A stretch of 64,000 bases of DNA from a candidate division CPR2 bacterium GW2011_GWC2_39_35. Its GTDB lineage: Bacteria > Patescibacteriota > CPR2. Made by a program: the position numbers and the translations under genes. Each line of letters begins with the position of its first letter. The first letter of the stretch is position 1. Positions 39,195 to 48,493 of this stretch are shown here, one piece after another. Below the pieces are notes generated by a model, which saw nothing but the letters and a program-made list of their open reading frames with translations, searched no databases and was not told where the DNA came from. The stretch is taken from the NCBI GenBank assembly GCA_000995065.1, contig LBWX01000002.1, forward strand, positions 223,708 to 287,707. Reading direction: 5' to 3'.

Positions 39195-41006
39195 CTAATC
39201 GAGAACATATTTGATAAGCTCATCCGGCTCGCCAGCTTGATGGCCCCAAAGTTTTGCATAGAGACCATTTTGTTTTATTAACTTGTCATGCGTCCCGTCT
39301 TCAACAATTTGGCCTTCGCTGAGCACCAGTATCCGATCCAGGTGCTTAATAGTTGATAGTCGGTGAGCAATAACGATCGCCGTTTTGTCTTTCATCAGCT
39401 CCCACAGACCTTCCTGTATGTATTTCTCCGATTCCGAATCAAGAGAACTCGTTGCCTCATCCAAAACAAGTATGGGAGCTTTCTTTAAAAGGGCTCTGGC
39501 AATGGCCACTCTTTGCCTTTGACCGCCTGAGAGTTTGATGCCGCGTTCTCCAACCAAAGTTTCGTATCCTTGGGGAAGTTGCTTGATAAATTCATCTGAA
39601 TGAGCAATTTTTGCTGCCTTAATAACTTCTTCTTTAGTGGCTTTTTCATTTCCGTAAGCAATATTTTCAAATAAGGATCGATGAAAAAGTAGGGGTTCTT
39701 GGGGGACATAAGAAATTGCTTGGCGAAGCGAACTTTGAGTAACAGCTCTTATCGGTTGGCCGTCAATAAGGATATCTCCGGACTCAGGATCGATAAACCT
39801 TAAAAGTAATTTTGTGATTGTCGTTTTGCCGCCTCCGCTTGGTCCAACCAGGCCAACCTTCTCTTTGGTTTTGATATCCAAAACAAAGCTCTTTAAAAAG
39901 CTATCATCATCTTCGTTGTGATCGTCAAAATAACTAAAATTGACGTTTGCAAAAGAGATGTCTCCTCTTTCTACCTTTAGCTCCTTGGCATTTTCGGCGT
40001 CTCTAATGGCTGGCGGTTCAGTAAAAAGTTGGGTAAATTCCGCCGCTTCGCTTACGGAGGATTCTAAATTGCGATAAATCTTATTGATATGCCAAAATAC
40101 TCTTGTTACTTGAGCGTAATATGAGAAAACAACAACGATCGCACCGGCATTTAAGCCGAGGGTTTGGGCAAAAAATATGGCAGCTGCTAAGCCGGCAACA
40201 TTCGTAAAGACGTAAATTGGTGAAACGACAGTATCGTAACGTAAGTTGTGAAAATCGGCTGCTTCTTTGAACTTTTTAGTGTAAAGGTCGACGTGTTCCC
40301 CAAAGACCTTGTATTCATAATCTTCTTTCGCAAAAGATTTGATCGCCAGAATATTAGTCAAAGAGTCAGATCTACGGCCGGCCAATTTACTTCCGGCATC
40401 GTGTCTTTGGGCAACAAGCTTGACTCTTTTTTTGATTATCGGTATGGCTATCGCAATCATTATAAAGATGCAAACAATCAAAATAGTGGGAATCCACGGA
40501 GAATACCGCCATAATATAAAAAAAGCAAACAGCATAGGGATAATTTCTGAAAATATATTAAAGCTAAAAACGTCAATTACCTTTTCAAAGTTCAATGGAT
40601 AGGCAATAGATTTTTTTGTTAATGTACCGACAAAATTATTGGAAAAAAAATCGTAATCTTTCTCGGCTAGTAACTTGAAAGATTTTTTAGCCAGGGTATT
40701 GATGCCCTTTGTTTCCACTTTTATCAAAAAGTGTATCCCTATTCGCCAAAGGACCTCGCCAAGCATCCATCCAAAGGCAAATAGGAAAATATAGGTTGCC
40801 GATAAAGAAAGAGAAATTTGTCCTTGGCCTACAAACGTGTCGACTAGGTGGGCTACAATCAGCGGAGGAACGTAAACAACAAGAATGCTGCCGATGCCGG
40901 GCACAATCATGGCAATAATCGATTGCCATGGGTTGGCACGCAGTTGGCCCCAGTAATCCTTAATGACTTGATTTACCGCTTTTTTTGTAATCAGTTTTTC
41001 GTTCAT
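39195..41006 (-). CDS. ABC exporter, fused permease/ATPase
   Basis: TM domain, GPSGGGKTT, LSGGQRQR, LDEATS. Confidence 0.94.
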   Translation of the reverse strand: MNEKLITKKAVNQVIKDYWGQLRANPWQSIIAMIVPGIGSILVVYVPPLIVAHLVDTFVGQGQISLSLSATYIFLFAFGWMLGEVLWRIGIHFLIKVETKGINTLAKKSFKLLAEKDYDFFSNNFVGTLTKKSIAYPLNFEKVIDVFSFNIFSEIIPMLFAFFILWRYSPWIPTILIVCIFIMIAIAIPIIKKRVKLVAQRHDAGSKLAGRRSDSLTNILAIKSFAKEDYEYKVFGEHVDLYTKKFKEAADFHNLRYDTVVSPIYVFTNVAGLAAAIFFAQTLGLNAGAIVVVFSYYAQVTRVFWHINKIYRNLESSVSEAAEFTQLFTEPPAIRDAENAKELKVERGDISFANVNFSYFDDHNEDDDSFLKSFVLDIKTKEKVGLVGPSGGGKTTITKLLLRFIDPESGDILIDGQPIRAVTQSSLRQAISYVPQEPLLFHRSLFENIAYGNEKATKEEVIKAAKIAHSDEFIKQLPQGYETLVGERGIKLSGGQRQRVAIARALLKKAPILVLDEATSSLDSESEKYIQEGLWELMKDKTAIVIAHRLSTIKHLDRILVLSEGQIVEDGTHDKLIKQNGLYAKLWGHQAGEPDELIKYVLD

Positions 41007-41123
41007 TCTAAGTTTGTTTCCCTACTACTAAATTAAATTATAGCAATTAATAGTTGAGTGTTAAAGAATTTGAAAGATAAAGAAGCTGAAAAATATTTTT
41101 TAAAAAAAATAGTGCTTAATAAT

Positions 41124-41158
41124 AAAACCGCCGGTTGCGTGAACCCGACGGTTTTTTT
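41124..41158. terminator. Intrinsic terminator
   Basis: AAAACCGCCGG...CCGACGGTTTTTTT hairpin. Confidence 0.6.
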
Positions 41159-41183
41159 ATTTGGATTACGGAATATGCTAAGC

Positions 41184-41996
41184 TTACTCAACCTGAAATG
41201 AACGCAGAAAGATTTCTGCTTGACTGATGGTTTGCCACAGTTTTTTTCTCTTCTCCCTAAGTTTCCGCCTCTCGTCTAAACTAAGATGTGTTAGGGAAAG
41301 CCCTGAAACATTGCGGTTAGGTACGATATTATCCAGAGAACCCACATGCGCTATTTTATCGTAATAATCATTGATATAGGCTATCTGCCTGTCAGTTAAC
41401 AGGTGACCGTACACTTTGAGAAGAATTTTTATTCTTTCAAATTCCATGGTAAGTTGCATCCAGCTCTCACTTGGACAAGGCTCGACATCTTCAGGCTTAA
41501 GATCGTTTGCAAGCTTCTCTGCTGTATCCCTTGTAAACCAACCTCCCCATGGCTGATCCCTTGAAGCACGGCGCGCAAGTTCAGCAATCTCATCTTCATA
41601 GATTTCGTCTTCGCGCTGGTATTCGTGTTCTTCGATTGCATCGGCAATGAAATAGAATAGAATCCAGTGCACAGGAAAATCTTTGGAAAGAAATAGGAGA
41701 AGATCTTCTGCACTTTCTGCGAGCTTAGTTGCAAGCTTGTTGCTAAAAACAAACTCATCAAGCAGTTCCCGGGTGTCTTGGTGTCGTATTGTTTTTATCG
41801 TGTCTTCCATTAACCGTTCGTATGGATTTCTCAGGCCAGTAACCGCCGTGGCAAAGAGCATTGCCTTAAAGATATCGTACAAATCGAGCGCATCTTGTGC
41901 CAAGAGTATTGTCTTCCCCTTTCTGTTCTCGTCAAGTTCAACAGTGACTTTGCCAATTACTTCTTCTAATGTCTGACACAAGGGATCATCAATCAT
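41184..41996 (-). CDS. Hypothetical protein with C-terminal YlxM/sigma-region-4-like segment
   Basis: ERIKILLKVYGHLLTDRQIAYINDYY resembles the YlxM (UPF0122) N-terminus. Confidence 0.55.
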   Translation of the reverse strand: MIDDPLCQTLEEVIGKVTVELDENRKGKTILLAQDALDLYDIFKAMLFATAVTGLRNPYERLMEDTIKTIRHQDTRELLDEFVFSNKLATKLAESAEDLLLFLSKDFPVHWILFYFIADAIEEHEYQREDEIYEDEIAELARRASRDQPWGGWFTRDTAEKLANDLKPEDVEPCPSESWMQLTMEFERIKILLKVYGHLLTDRQIAYINDYYDKIAHVGSLDNIVPNRNVSGLSLTHLSLDERRKLREKRKKLWQTISQAEIFLRSFQVE

Positions 41997-42173
41997 AATC
42001 TTATTCCTTCCACTCGGAGGTTTATATTCAATTGCTAAGATTGCATGGCAATTTGCCGATGTTACAGGATATCACAAAAAGACGTTTTTGTACATAATTT
42101 CGAAGGAATTTCGAGTCGCTCCTGAATTTAACATCAAAACTGCAGTGGAAAAGAAGATAATTGCTTTAATCTA

Positions 42174-42249
42174 GTCATCCCTGTGGAAGCGGGGATTCGG
42201 GAAGAGCGTATCTAGAAAAGGTCTGGATTCCAGACTCCGCGGGAATGAC
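42174..42249. repeat. REP-like palindromic element (GTCATYCC...GGGAATGAC type)
   Basis: gtcatccctgtggaagcggggattc ... ggattccagactccgcgggaatgac; related copy at 50278-50357. Confidence 0.7.
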
Positions 42250-42569
42250 AAGCATTTAATTTGTAAATAATCCAAAACGCTAGAATTCCGAACATCCTCC
42301 AACAAGCTACATTCGAATTACCAATCCTTAGTATCAATAATGTACTCACGAATTAATAAAATAAGAATAAGCTTAAAAATCACTGTACTTTTTTGAGCTG
42401 TGCTTTTGATTTTCCGCCTAACATTGAAGGAACATTGAAGGAAAAATCTTTGACCAATAGTTAGATAAATGATATAATTTCAGACTAATAGTTGCGGTAC
42501 AGTTACTTGAAAACTGAATATTTATCAGTGAACATAGGAGATTTAGGATTAGGAAAAGGAGTGGATTTC

Positions 42570-45224
42570 GTGAAAGAGATAGTAGTAGAGCAAGGCGCAG
42601 GGGATGAAGAAAAAAGAATGATTGAAAACATGCGAGGGATAGCAGTGGATGATGCGGAATTCGTAATAATGGCAGAAGAAAAGAAAGACACAGTGAATAA
42701 AAAACTATGGCTTGAAAACATGACGCGGATAACCGAAGATGATCTTCAATTCGTTTCGGGCACGGCTTGGAGGTTCTATAAACAGAATTCCATACTATTG
42801 GGAATGCTGGGTATAGACTTTTGTAGCCTGGAAGATGCGGCTTTCGGCGGTATGGAGGATGCGTGTAAAAGATACGATGAGACAAGAGGAAAAAGCTTGC
42901 GAGGATTCTATTACATTCGGGTTGTCGGAAGCATGTGGGATTTCATAAGAAGCCGCTCGCTTATCTCCAGATCAGCTCTAAAGGCCATAAAGGAAGTTCA
43001 GAGCTATGTTGCAAGCCAAAGCCAAGATGGCCGTGTAGTAACAAGCTCGGAGATATATGAAATATTTTCCGAGGCTCACGTAATGGCAATGGCGCAATCT
43101 AATAACAGGGTCGCTTTTCCGCTGTCGCTGGATCAAATTGTGTTGTATGGCGGCCAAGGGGGCAGGGTACAGGCTGAGACTTCTTATCATAACCTCATTT
43201 CTGATGATAGCGATACTGAAGACGATGCGACTTACCAGCAGGCTCTTGAAGAGCTTCGTGATGTCATCAAAGAGGTTAGTCTTAACTATGGTTCGTCGCC
43301 CGAGGTGAAGGAAAGAGCATTGTCGTTAATGGAAAAACGGTATAATTTCGATAGCGACTCAAAAGCTCCTTCGTTTAGGGAGCTAGGAGATGAATTCGGT
43401 TGTACCGAAAGTCGAGTAAGCCAAATTCACAGTAAGCTAATCAGCAAGCTGAAGGATGAAGAACCTGCATTGGATATTCTTAGGGACCTGGCGAGCAGGA
43501 TTAGCCGTCAAGGCATCTCTTCTCGTCAATCTGTTCGGATAGTATCCTTTGGTCAGCCGGACCTGACTCCTCCTCCGCACATTCGCCAGAAAAGAAGAAT
43601 ATCTAAACGTGAAGATGTCTACGACAAAAATGTAGCATCAGAGGAAACGTTGTTGGAGGCGGAGGATATTGAAGTCGAAGGAGTATCCGATGACAGCAGC
43701 ACCCCTCAGGATACTAAAGCTGTTTTTTTGTTTGATTCAGACATCAGGGCCTATAAGATTATGCTCGATTTATTGAAGAAGAGCAAAGATGGATTGGTGC
43801 GACTCAAAGAAAAGCATAAGGTTACTGATGAAGTACTTCTAAAGCTTAGGCGCAAGGGCTTTGCGATAATGCAAAGTGACGGCTCTGTGCTGGTGCAGAA
43901 GAAGAAATACATCAGGATGCCAGATCCTGAGTCAGAGTCCAGGCAGGATAAAGCTGTTTTTTCTTCGAGGAAAGCTAGGATTAAAGATAGCGAACCAGGG
44001 AAACGAGGGGCGCGAAAACTCACTGATTCTGATTGGGAGGAGCGCCACAAAGAGACGCTCGCGAAACTTTATGAGCGTTTCCCAGACGGATGTGTCGTTG
44101 GCGGACTGGGGACGATCTTTATCGAACTGAATATGAGAGGAGGTTTCAATTATCTTAAGAGATTCAAAGAAGACTCCGGTTTTCTGGAGGAGACTAGTCG
44201 CCTAAGGCATAGTTTTTCTGAGAAGGCAGAAGCTTATCTGGAATCTATAGGCAAGATCCTAATCAAGACGGAACCGGAGGATGTGCCCGAAGAGTCCAAA
44301 AACATAACTGCCACATCCGGAAAACCCGGAAGACAAAAGCTCTCTTCTGACCATTGGAGTGCTCGTCATAAAGAGACGCTAAAAAAACTCTACGACCAAT
44401 TCCCCGATGGATGGGTCATTGGTGGACTGAGTACGGTCTTTAAGGATCTGGGCATTGTCGGAGGACAGAGTTATCTTCAGAGGTTCAGAGACGTATCTGG
44501 TTTCCTTCTAAAGGTCAATGGATGGAAACATTGTTTCTCTGATGAGGCAATTGCCTATCTGGAATCGATTGGGCTAACCATTATCGAGCCAGAAGAGGAC
44601 GACTCGCTGGAAACCGATGATATCTCGACTTCAGGATCAAGAAGAGGCGGAAGGCGGAAGCTTACTGATGCAGACTGGGATGTTCGTTTGAGAGTCACGG
44701 TAGAGAAGCTTCATGAACGATTCCCAGATGGGTGGATAGTCGGTTCCCTGACTGAGATCTTTAGAGACTTAGGCATCAAGGGAGGATACAACTATCTTCA
44801 CAGGTTCAGAGAGTCCTTCTACATTCGCAAGGTTAAACATAGACAACATCGCCTTACCGATATTGCCAGCAGGTATCTCGAATCGATTGGAAAGAATATA
44901 ATCGAATCGGATCCAGGGAAGTACGATCAGGAACGATTCTTGCGGTCTTCCCAAAAGGCGGTCGAGATTTTAACGCCCATGGTTAAAACTATGAAGCAAG
45001 ATGACTGGCTTGCTGAGTTCTTGAGTAATGTTGTGCAAGAGAACGGTGGCTTTTGTTACAAAACGGATCTTGAAACTACTTGCAAAGACAAATATGGTTT
45101 TGTAAAAAAAGTCATGCTTAAGACTGCACGAAATGACGGGTACGTCAGCGAGGAAAGTGGCGGTAGCGGCGAGATAACCGAAAAAGGACAGGAGTTCTTA
45201 AGACAGAAGGGCTATATTAACTAA
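42570..45224 (+). CDS. Giant FliA/WhiG (sigma28)-like sigma factor with long C-terminal extension containing three ~100-aa repeats
   Basis: Region 2 GMEDACKRYDETRG..YIRVVGSMWDFIR; region 4 FRELGDEFGCTESRVSQIH; GTG start behind AAGGAG. Confidence 0.78.
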   Translation: MKEIVVEQGAGDEEKRMIENMRGIAVDDAEFVIMAEEKKDTVNKKLWLENMTRITEDDLQFVSGTAWRFYKQNSILLGMLGIDFCSLEDAAFGGMEDACKRYDETRGKSLRGFYYIRVVGSMWDFIRSRSLISRSALKAIKEVQSYVASQSQDGRVVTSSEIYEIFSEAHVMAMAQSNNRVAFPLSLDQIVLYGGQGGRVQAETSYHNLISDDSDTEDDATYQQALEELRDVIKEVSLNYGSSPEVKERALSLMEKRYNFDSDSKAPSFRELGDEFGCTESRVSQIHSKLISKLKDEEPALDILRDLASRISRQGISSRQSVRIVSFGQPDLTPPPHIRQKRRISKREDVYDKNVASEETLLEAEDIEVEGVSDDSSTPQDTKAVFLFDSDIRAYKIMLDLLKKSKDGLVRLKEKHKVTDEVLLKLRRKGFAIMQSDGSVLVQKKKYIRMPDPESESRQDKAVFSSRKARIKDSEPGKRGARKLTDSDWEERHKETLAKLYERFPDGCVVGGLGTIFIELNMRGGFNYLKRFKEDSGFLEETSRLRHSFSEKAEAYLESIGKILIKTEPEDVPEESKNITATSGKPGRQKLSSDHWSARHKETLKKLYDQFPDGWVIGGLSTVFKDLGIVGGQSYLQRFRDVSGFLLKVNGWKHCFSDEAIAYLESIGLTIIEPEEDDSLETDDISTSGSRRGGRRKLTDADWDVRLRVTVEKLHERFPDGWIVGSLTEIFRDLGIKGGYNYLHRFRESFYIRKVKHRQHRLTDIASRYLESIGKNIIESDPGKYDQERFLRSSQKAVEILTPMVKTMKQDDWLAEFLSNVVQENGGFCYKTDLETTCKDKYGFVKKVMLKTARNDGYVSEESGGSGEITEKGQEFLRQKGYIN

Positions 45225-45298
45225 ACTGTATAGGCGAGGTGACAAAAGGGACCGGTTCTTAATTTGAAGCTAATACTACTTAATGTTTTATTAAGTAA

Positions 45299-45790
45299 AT
45301 GCTTCATTTTAAGAATCGGTCCCGAATTATTTATGGGTTTTACTTCTCAATTACTCATGAAGACGATGAAATGAGAGGCCTTATTAGCAAAACCGACCAC
45401 AAGACACTGGCTCTTTGGAGTATTGATTGTGCGGAAAGAGTTATGCACTATTTTGAAACAGAATACACCGATGATCCTCGGCCTCGCGAAGCTATCAACA
45501 CTCTTCAGGAATGGATTAAAACGAGTAAATTCAGTATGAGGATTATCCGTCAAGCATCGTTAGCCTCACACGCCGCAGCCAAAGAGATTGGCAATGATAG
45601 TCCGGCTGCATCCGCAGCACATGCAGCTGGACAAGCCGTTGCGACTGCTCATGTATCAACGCATTCTTATGGACCTGCCGTATATGCTCAACAAGCTGTT
45701 TTTAAAGCTACAAACTCGTTAGACGCTGTTCAAAAAGAGAGGGATTGGCAATTTCAGCATTTGCTAGACCTTGGGGCCAAGAAGTACTAA
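45299..45790 (+). CDS. Imm5-like putative immunity protein (start uncertain)
   Basis: LALWSIDCAERV..DPRPREAI..AAHAAGQAVATAH..ERDWQ. Confidence 0.75.
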   Translation: MLHFKNRSRIIYGFYFSITHEDDEMRGLISKTDHKTLALWSIDCAERVMHYFETEYTDDPRPREAINTLQEWIKTSKFSMRIIRQASLASHAAAKEIGNDSPAASAAHAAGQAVATAHVSTHSYGPAVYAQQAVFKATNSLDAVQKERDWQFQHLLDLGAKKY

Positions 45791-45996
45791 TTGCGACAAA
45801 TAAGTACTTAGCAGATTAGATTATTTGCATCATTAATAAAATAAGCTACCGAGAAATAGCTTATTAAGTATGCGTTCCATTTGGCGAGCCGAGATGTGCT
45901 TGAACTACTTCGTTTAACCGTGTTAATTTCAGACGTTCGTACTAGTATCTAGTTTCCATAATATGTATGATCAAATTAGATTAATAATGGGGTTAT

Positions 45997-46426
45997 ATGT
46001 GGGAGAAAATTAAAGATACTGTACTTTTGCATCAAGCGCAAAGCATAGTATTGTCTTTGATCGTTATTATCGGTATTGCAGGCACCAGCTACTTTGTATT
46101 TCAAAAAGGTAATTCAAAATAATAATACGAAAGAAGGCACTCCTAGCAGTAGTACGGGGTCGTGCAGTGGGTTAGTCAAGTTTGGTGCCGTCTCAGTGGA
46201 GAAAGATCCGGCAGGAGATTCGGGGGCGTGGTTACGATTCGGCTATACGGCCGAAAAGGAGCTTAATTGTCAGTACACGATCACCTTCTACGACAGTCGA
46301 GAAGAGATAATCCGAACAATCCCAAATGTTGAAGATACCTTTCAATCTCCGAGCGGCCAGATCTATAATGGCTACAGCAGTACACCCTACCAATCAGGCA
46401 TGTCTGCAAAAGTTATCGTCAACTAG
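45997..46426 (+). pseudogene. Frameshifted membrane-anchored exported protein
   Basis: ORF 45997-46122 encodes a TM anchor (MWEKIK..SIVLSLIVIIGIAG); removing one A near 46116-46119 joins it to the 46076-46426 frame. Confidence 0.6.
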
Positions 46427-46516
46427 TTTATAGTTCAGAGATTATAAAAACGCAAATACCGTGCTCAAAAGAGAACCGTCCCCTAAAAGTCTTACTGGAA
46501 CTATTCAATACTTACT

Positions 46517-47530
46517 TCATTCCTTTGAAGTGTATTTGAAGTTCACATCACGTTGTTTGGTAGGGAGCTGAAAACCGTCAATTTCAAAGGGATATGCAAG
46601 CACCCCGCCGGGGAAAGTCGCGTCGGGGCTGTAGCTCTTCCAATAGAAGAACGAGGTTGGCTGAACCCAATGCAGATTTTGGTTGCCCTGTTTTACGGTC
46701 AGATTTTTTGATTTGTCTGGCACCTTGAAACAAAATGAAGCAAAGGAGTGCTCGCCCACGTTCCCGGCATATCCGACCAGCTCCCCTCGTTTTACCGTCC
46801 GACCAATGAGCGCTTTGCAGGCTTTGGCGTTACCTTTCGAGGGAACTACATAATCATCAACTGGATAGAAAAGATGCCCTTCGGCCTGGTTATTTTTAGC
46901 GCCCCATTCAACATCATCACAATCTGAATTTTGGTAGTGCCCTTGCATTAAAGGCGAAGTATATAAATGATAAAGAATAATAGTCATTCCTGGCCAGTCA
47001 GGACTAGCAGATTCAAAAGTCAGCTCGATATCATTCATCGGTGTGTATTTTTTCCCGTCTGCTCCAATCCCAGATTCGCTGCTTTGATTCTTGAAACCAA
47101 CCAATGTCATATCTATTGGCGCAAGTAATGGTGCCTTGCTCTTAAGTTCGAATTCCATGCCACGCTTACCAGAATATGGCGTCGTCTTTGAATGAGAACC
47201 AACTTTGGGGCCGAGAGTAACAATATCTGAGTCAGCCCCTGTACCACCATACATTTCCGTATGAGTATTAATACCTTCCATGTTGGATGGGGGTGAAGTA
47301 ATCGCGGATACGCTTGTTGTGGGTACAGTTGGGATAGAAGTTGGCGAAGACATAGTGCTTGGTATCGATTTTTTGCTCTGTTTTTTTCCAGCCTTATTCA
47401 CTATTCCAAGACCAGCCAAAGCAAGTACAATTACAATAATAATTAAAATAAGCCCCATCCACCAATATTTTTTTAAGAAAGGTTTTTTGCTTGAAGGCTC
47501 ATTTTTCTCTTGATTGTTATCCAGCTCCAT
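46517..47530 (-). CDS. Membrane-anchored exported protein with S/T/P-rich linker and degenerate M23-like domain
   Basis: N-terminal TM; PLLAPID, YHL, VKRGELVGYAG motifs. Confidence 0.6.
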   Translation of the reverse strand: MELDNNQEKNEPSSKKPFLKKYWWMGLILIIIVIVLALAGLGIVNKAGKKQSKKSIPSTMSSPTSIPTVPTTSVSAITSPPSNMEGINTHTEMYGGTGADSDIVTLGPKVGSHSKTTPYSGKRGMEFELKSKAPLLAPIDMTLVGFKNQSSESGIGADGKKYTPMNDIELTFESASPDWPGMTIILYHLYTSPLMQGHYQNSDCDDVEWGAKNNQAEGHLFYPVDDYVVPSKGNAKACKALIGRTVKRGELVGYAGNVGEHSFASFCFKVPDKSKNLTVKQGNQNLHWVQPTSFFYWKSYSPDATFPGGVLAYPFEIDGFQLPTKQRDVNFKYTSKE

Positions 47531-47616
47531 TTGCTATAACTATACCACAAAATTAGCTTATTTTAGTATGCGTTCTATTCGGCGAGGTTAGTAGCGTTGG
47601 AACCTGCTCAAAATTC

Positions 47617-48306
47617 CTAACTTATATCCAAATCCCAAAGGATTGTCTTGAATAGTTCGTCACGATATTGGTTTAAAAAGTCATGATTTCCGTCAAGATT
47701 GATAATTCGGCTATTCTTTATGAGCCTAAGATTGTTGAAATCCATAACCTCGTCATTGATTGCATAAATAAGGGTAAGTTCGGTTTTCTTCGCTAGATTG
47801 TTGTAAAGTGAAACTACATCTGTTGTAAATCTTTCAGCCCAGTATTCTGGAGGGATGACAGTCACAGAACCATCGCTTCTACGTCTTCGGGTAATGTTGT
47901 AGAAATCTAATTGATTATCGGCAAGAGCCGTATAACGTTTCTGTAAATCTTCGATTTTAGTTTGAAAAAATGGTGATACTCCGATCACTTTTTCTACCTT
48001 GTCCGAGTTTTGACAGAGAGTTGGTATTAGGCTTCCCTGTGAATGCCCGATGATAATAATACTTTTGTATCTCTCGTCCCTGACTAGCTCATTGATGTGT
48101 TTCTGAAGGATGGACGCCTGGTCAGAAAAAGGTACAGCAAAAAGCTCCTTAGAATCCCCATCAAACTTATTGTAATTAAATTGTTTTGTTACAAATCCCC
48201 GTGATTCTAGCATAGACGCTAAAAAGGAAAATAGTCCTCGGGCATCTTTCATAACCCCAAAGCCATGCGAAAATAATATTACTGTATCTTGTGGTTTGTA
48301 TTTCAT
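47617..48306 (-). CDS. Alpha/beta hydrolase
   Basis: FSHGFG, GHSQG nucleophile elbow, GNHDF. Confidence 0.85.
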   Translation of the reverse strand: MKYKPQDTVILFSHGFGVMKDARGLFSFLASMLESRGFVTKQFNYNKFDGDSKELFAVPFSDQASILQKHINELVRDERYKSIIIIGHSQGSLIPTLCQNSDKVEKVIGVSPFFQTKIEDLQKRYTALADNQLDFYNITRRRRSDGSVTVIPPEYWAERFTTDVVSLYNNLAKKTELTLIYAINDEVMDFNNLRLIKNSRIINLDGNHDFLNQYRDELFKTILWDLDIS

Positions 48307-48493
48307 GTCTAGATATTAGCAAAAAAAGTGCTTTGCAGAAAGGCTATTTTGCGTCATTAACAGAAATAAGCTGACCAAAGTCAGCTTATTCAGGATCTTA
48401 GGACAACCGGCCCCTAAGGCTTTCCTATTTTAACCACCACCAAAGGTGGTTGTGAAAATATGGCGATCCGAGTAGCGCAGGAACTAAATTAGA

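Noticed and set aside
39195-41006. ABC exporter as the dedicated transporter of the putative pheromone
   Set aside because: No C39 domain, opposite strand, and separated from the locus by the HD gene and recQ; no evidence of linkage.
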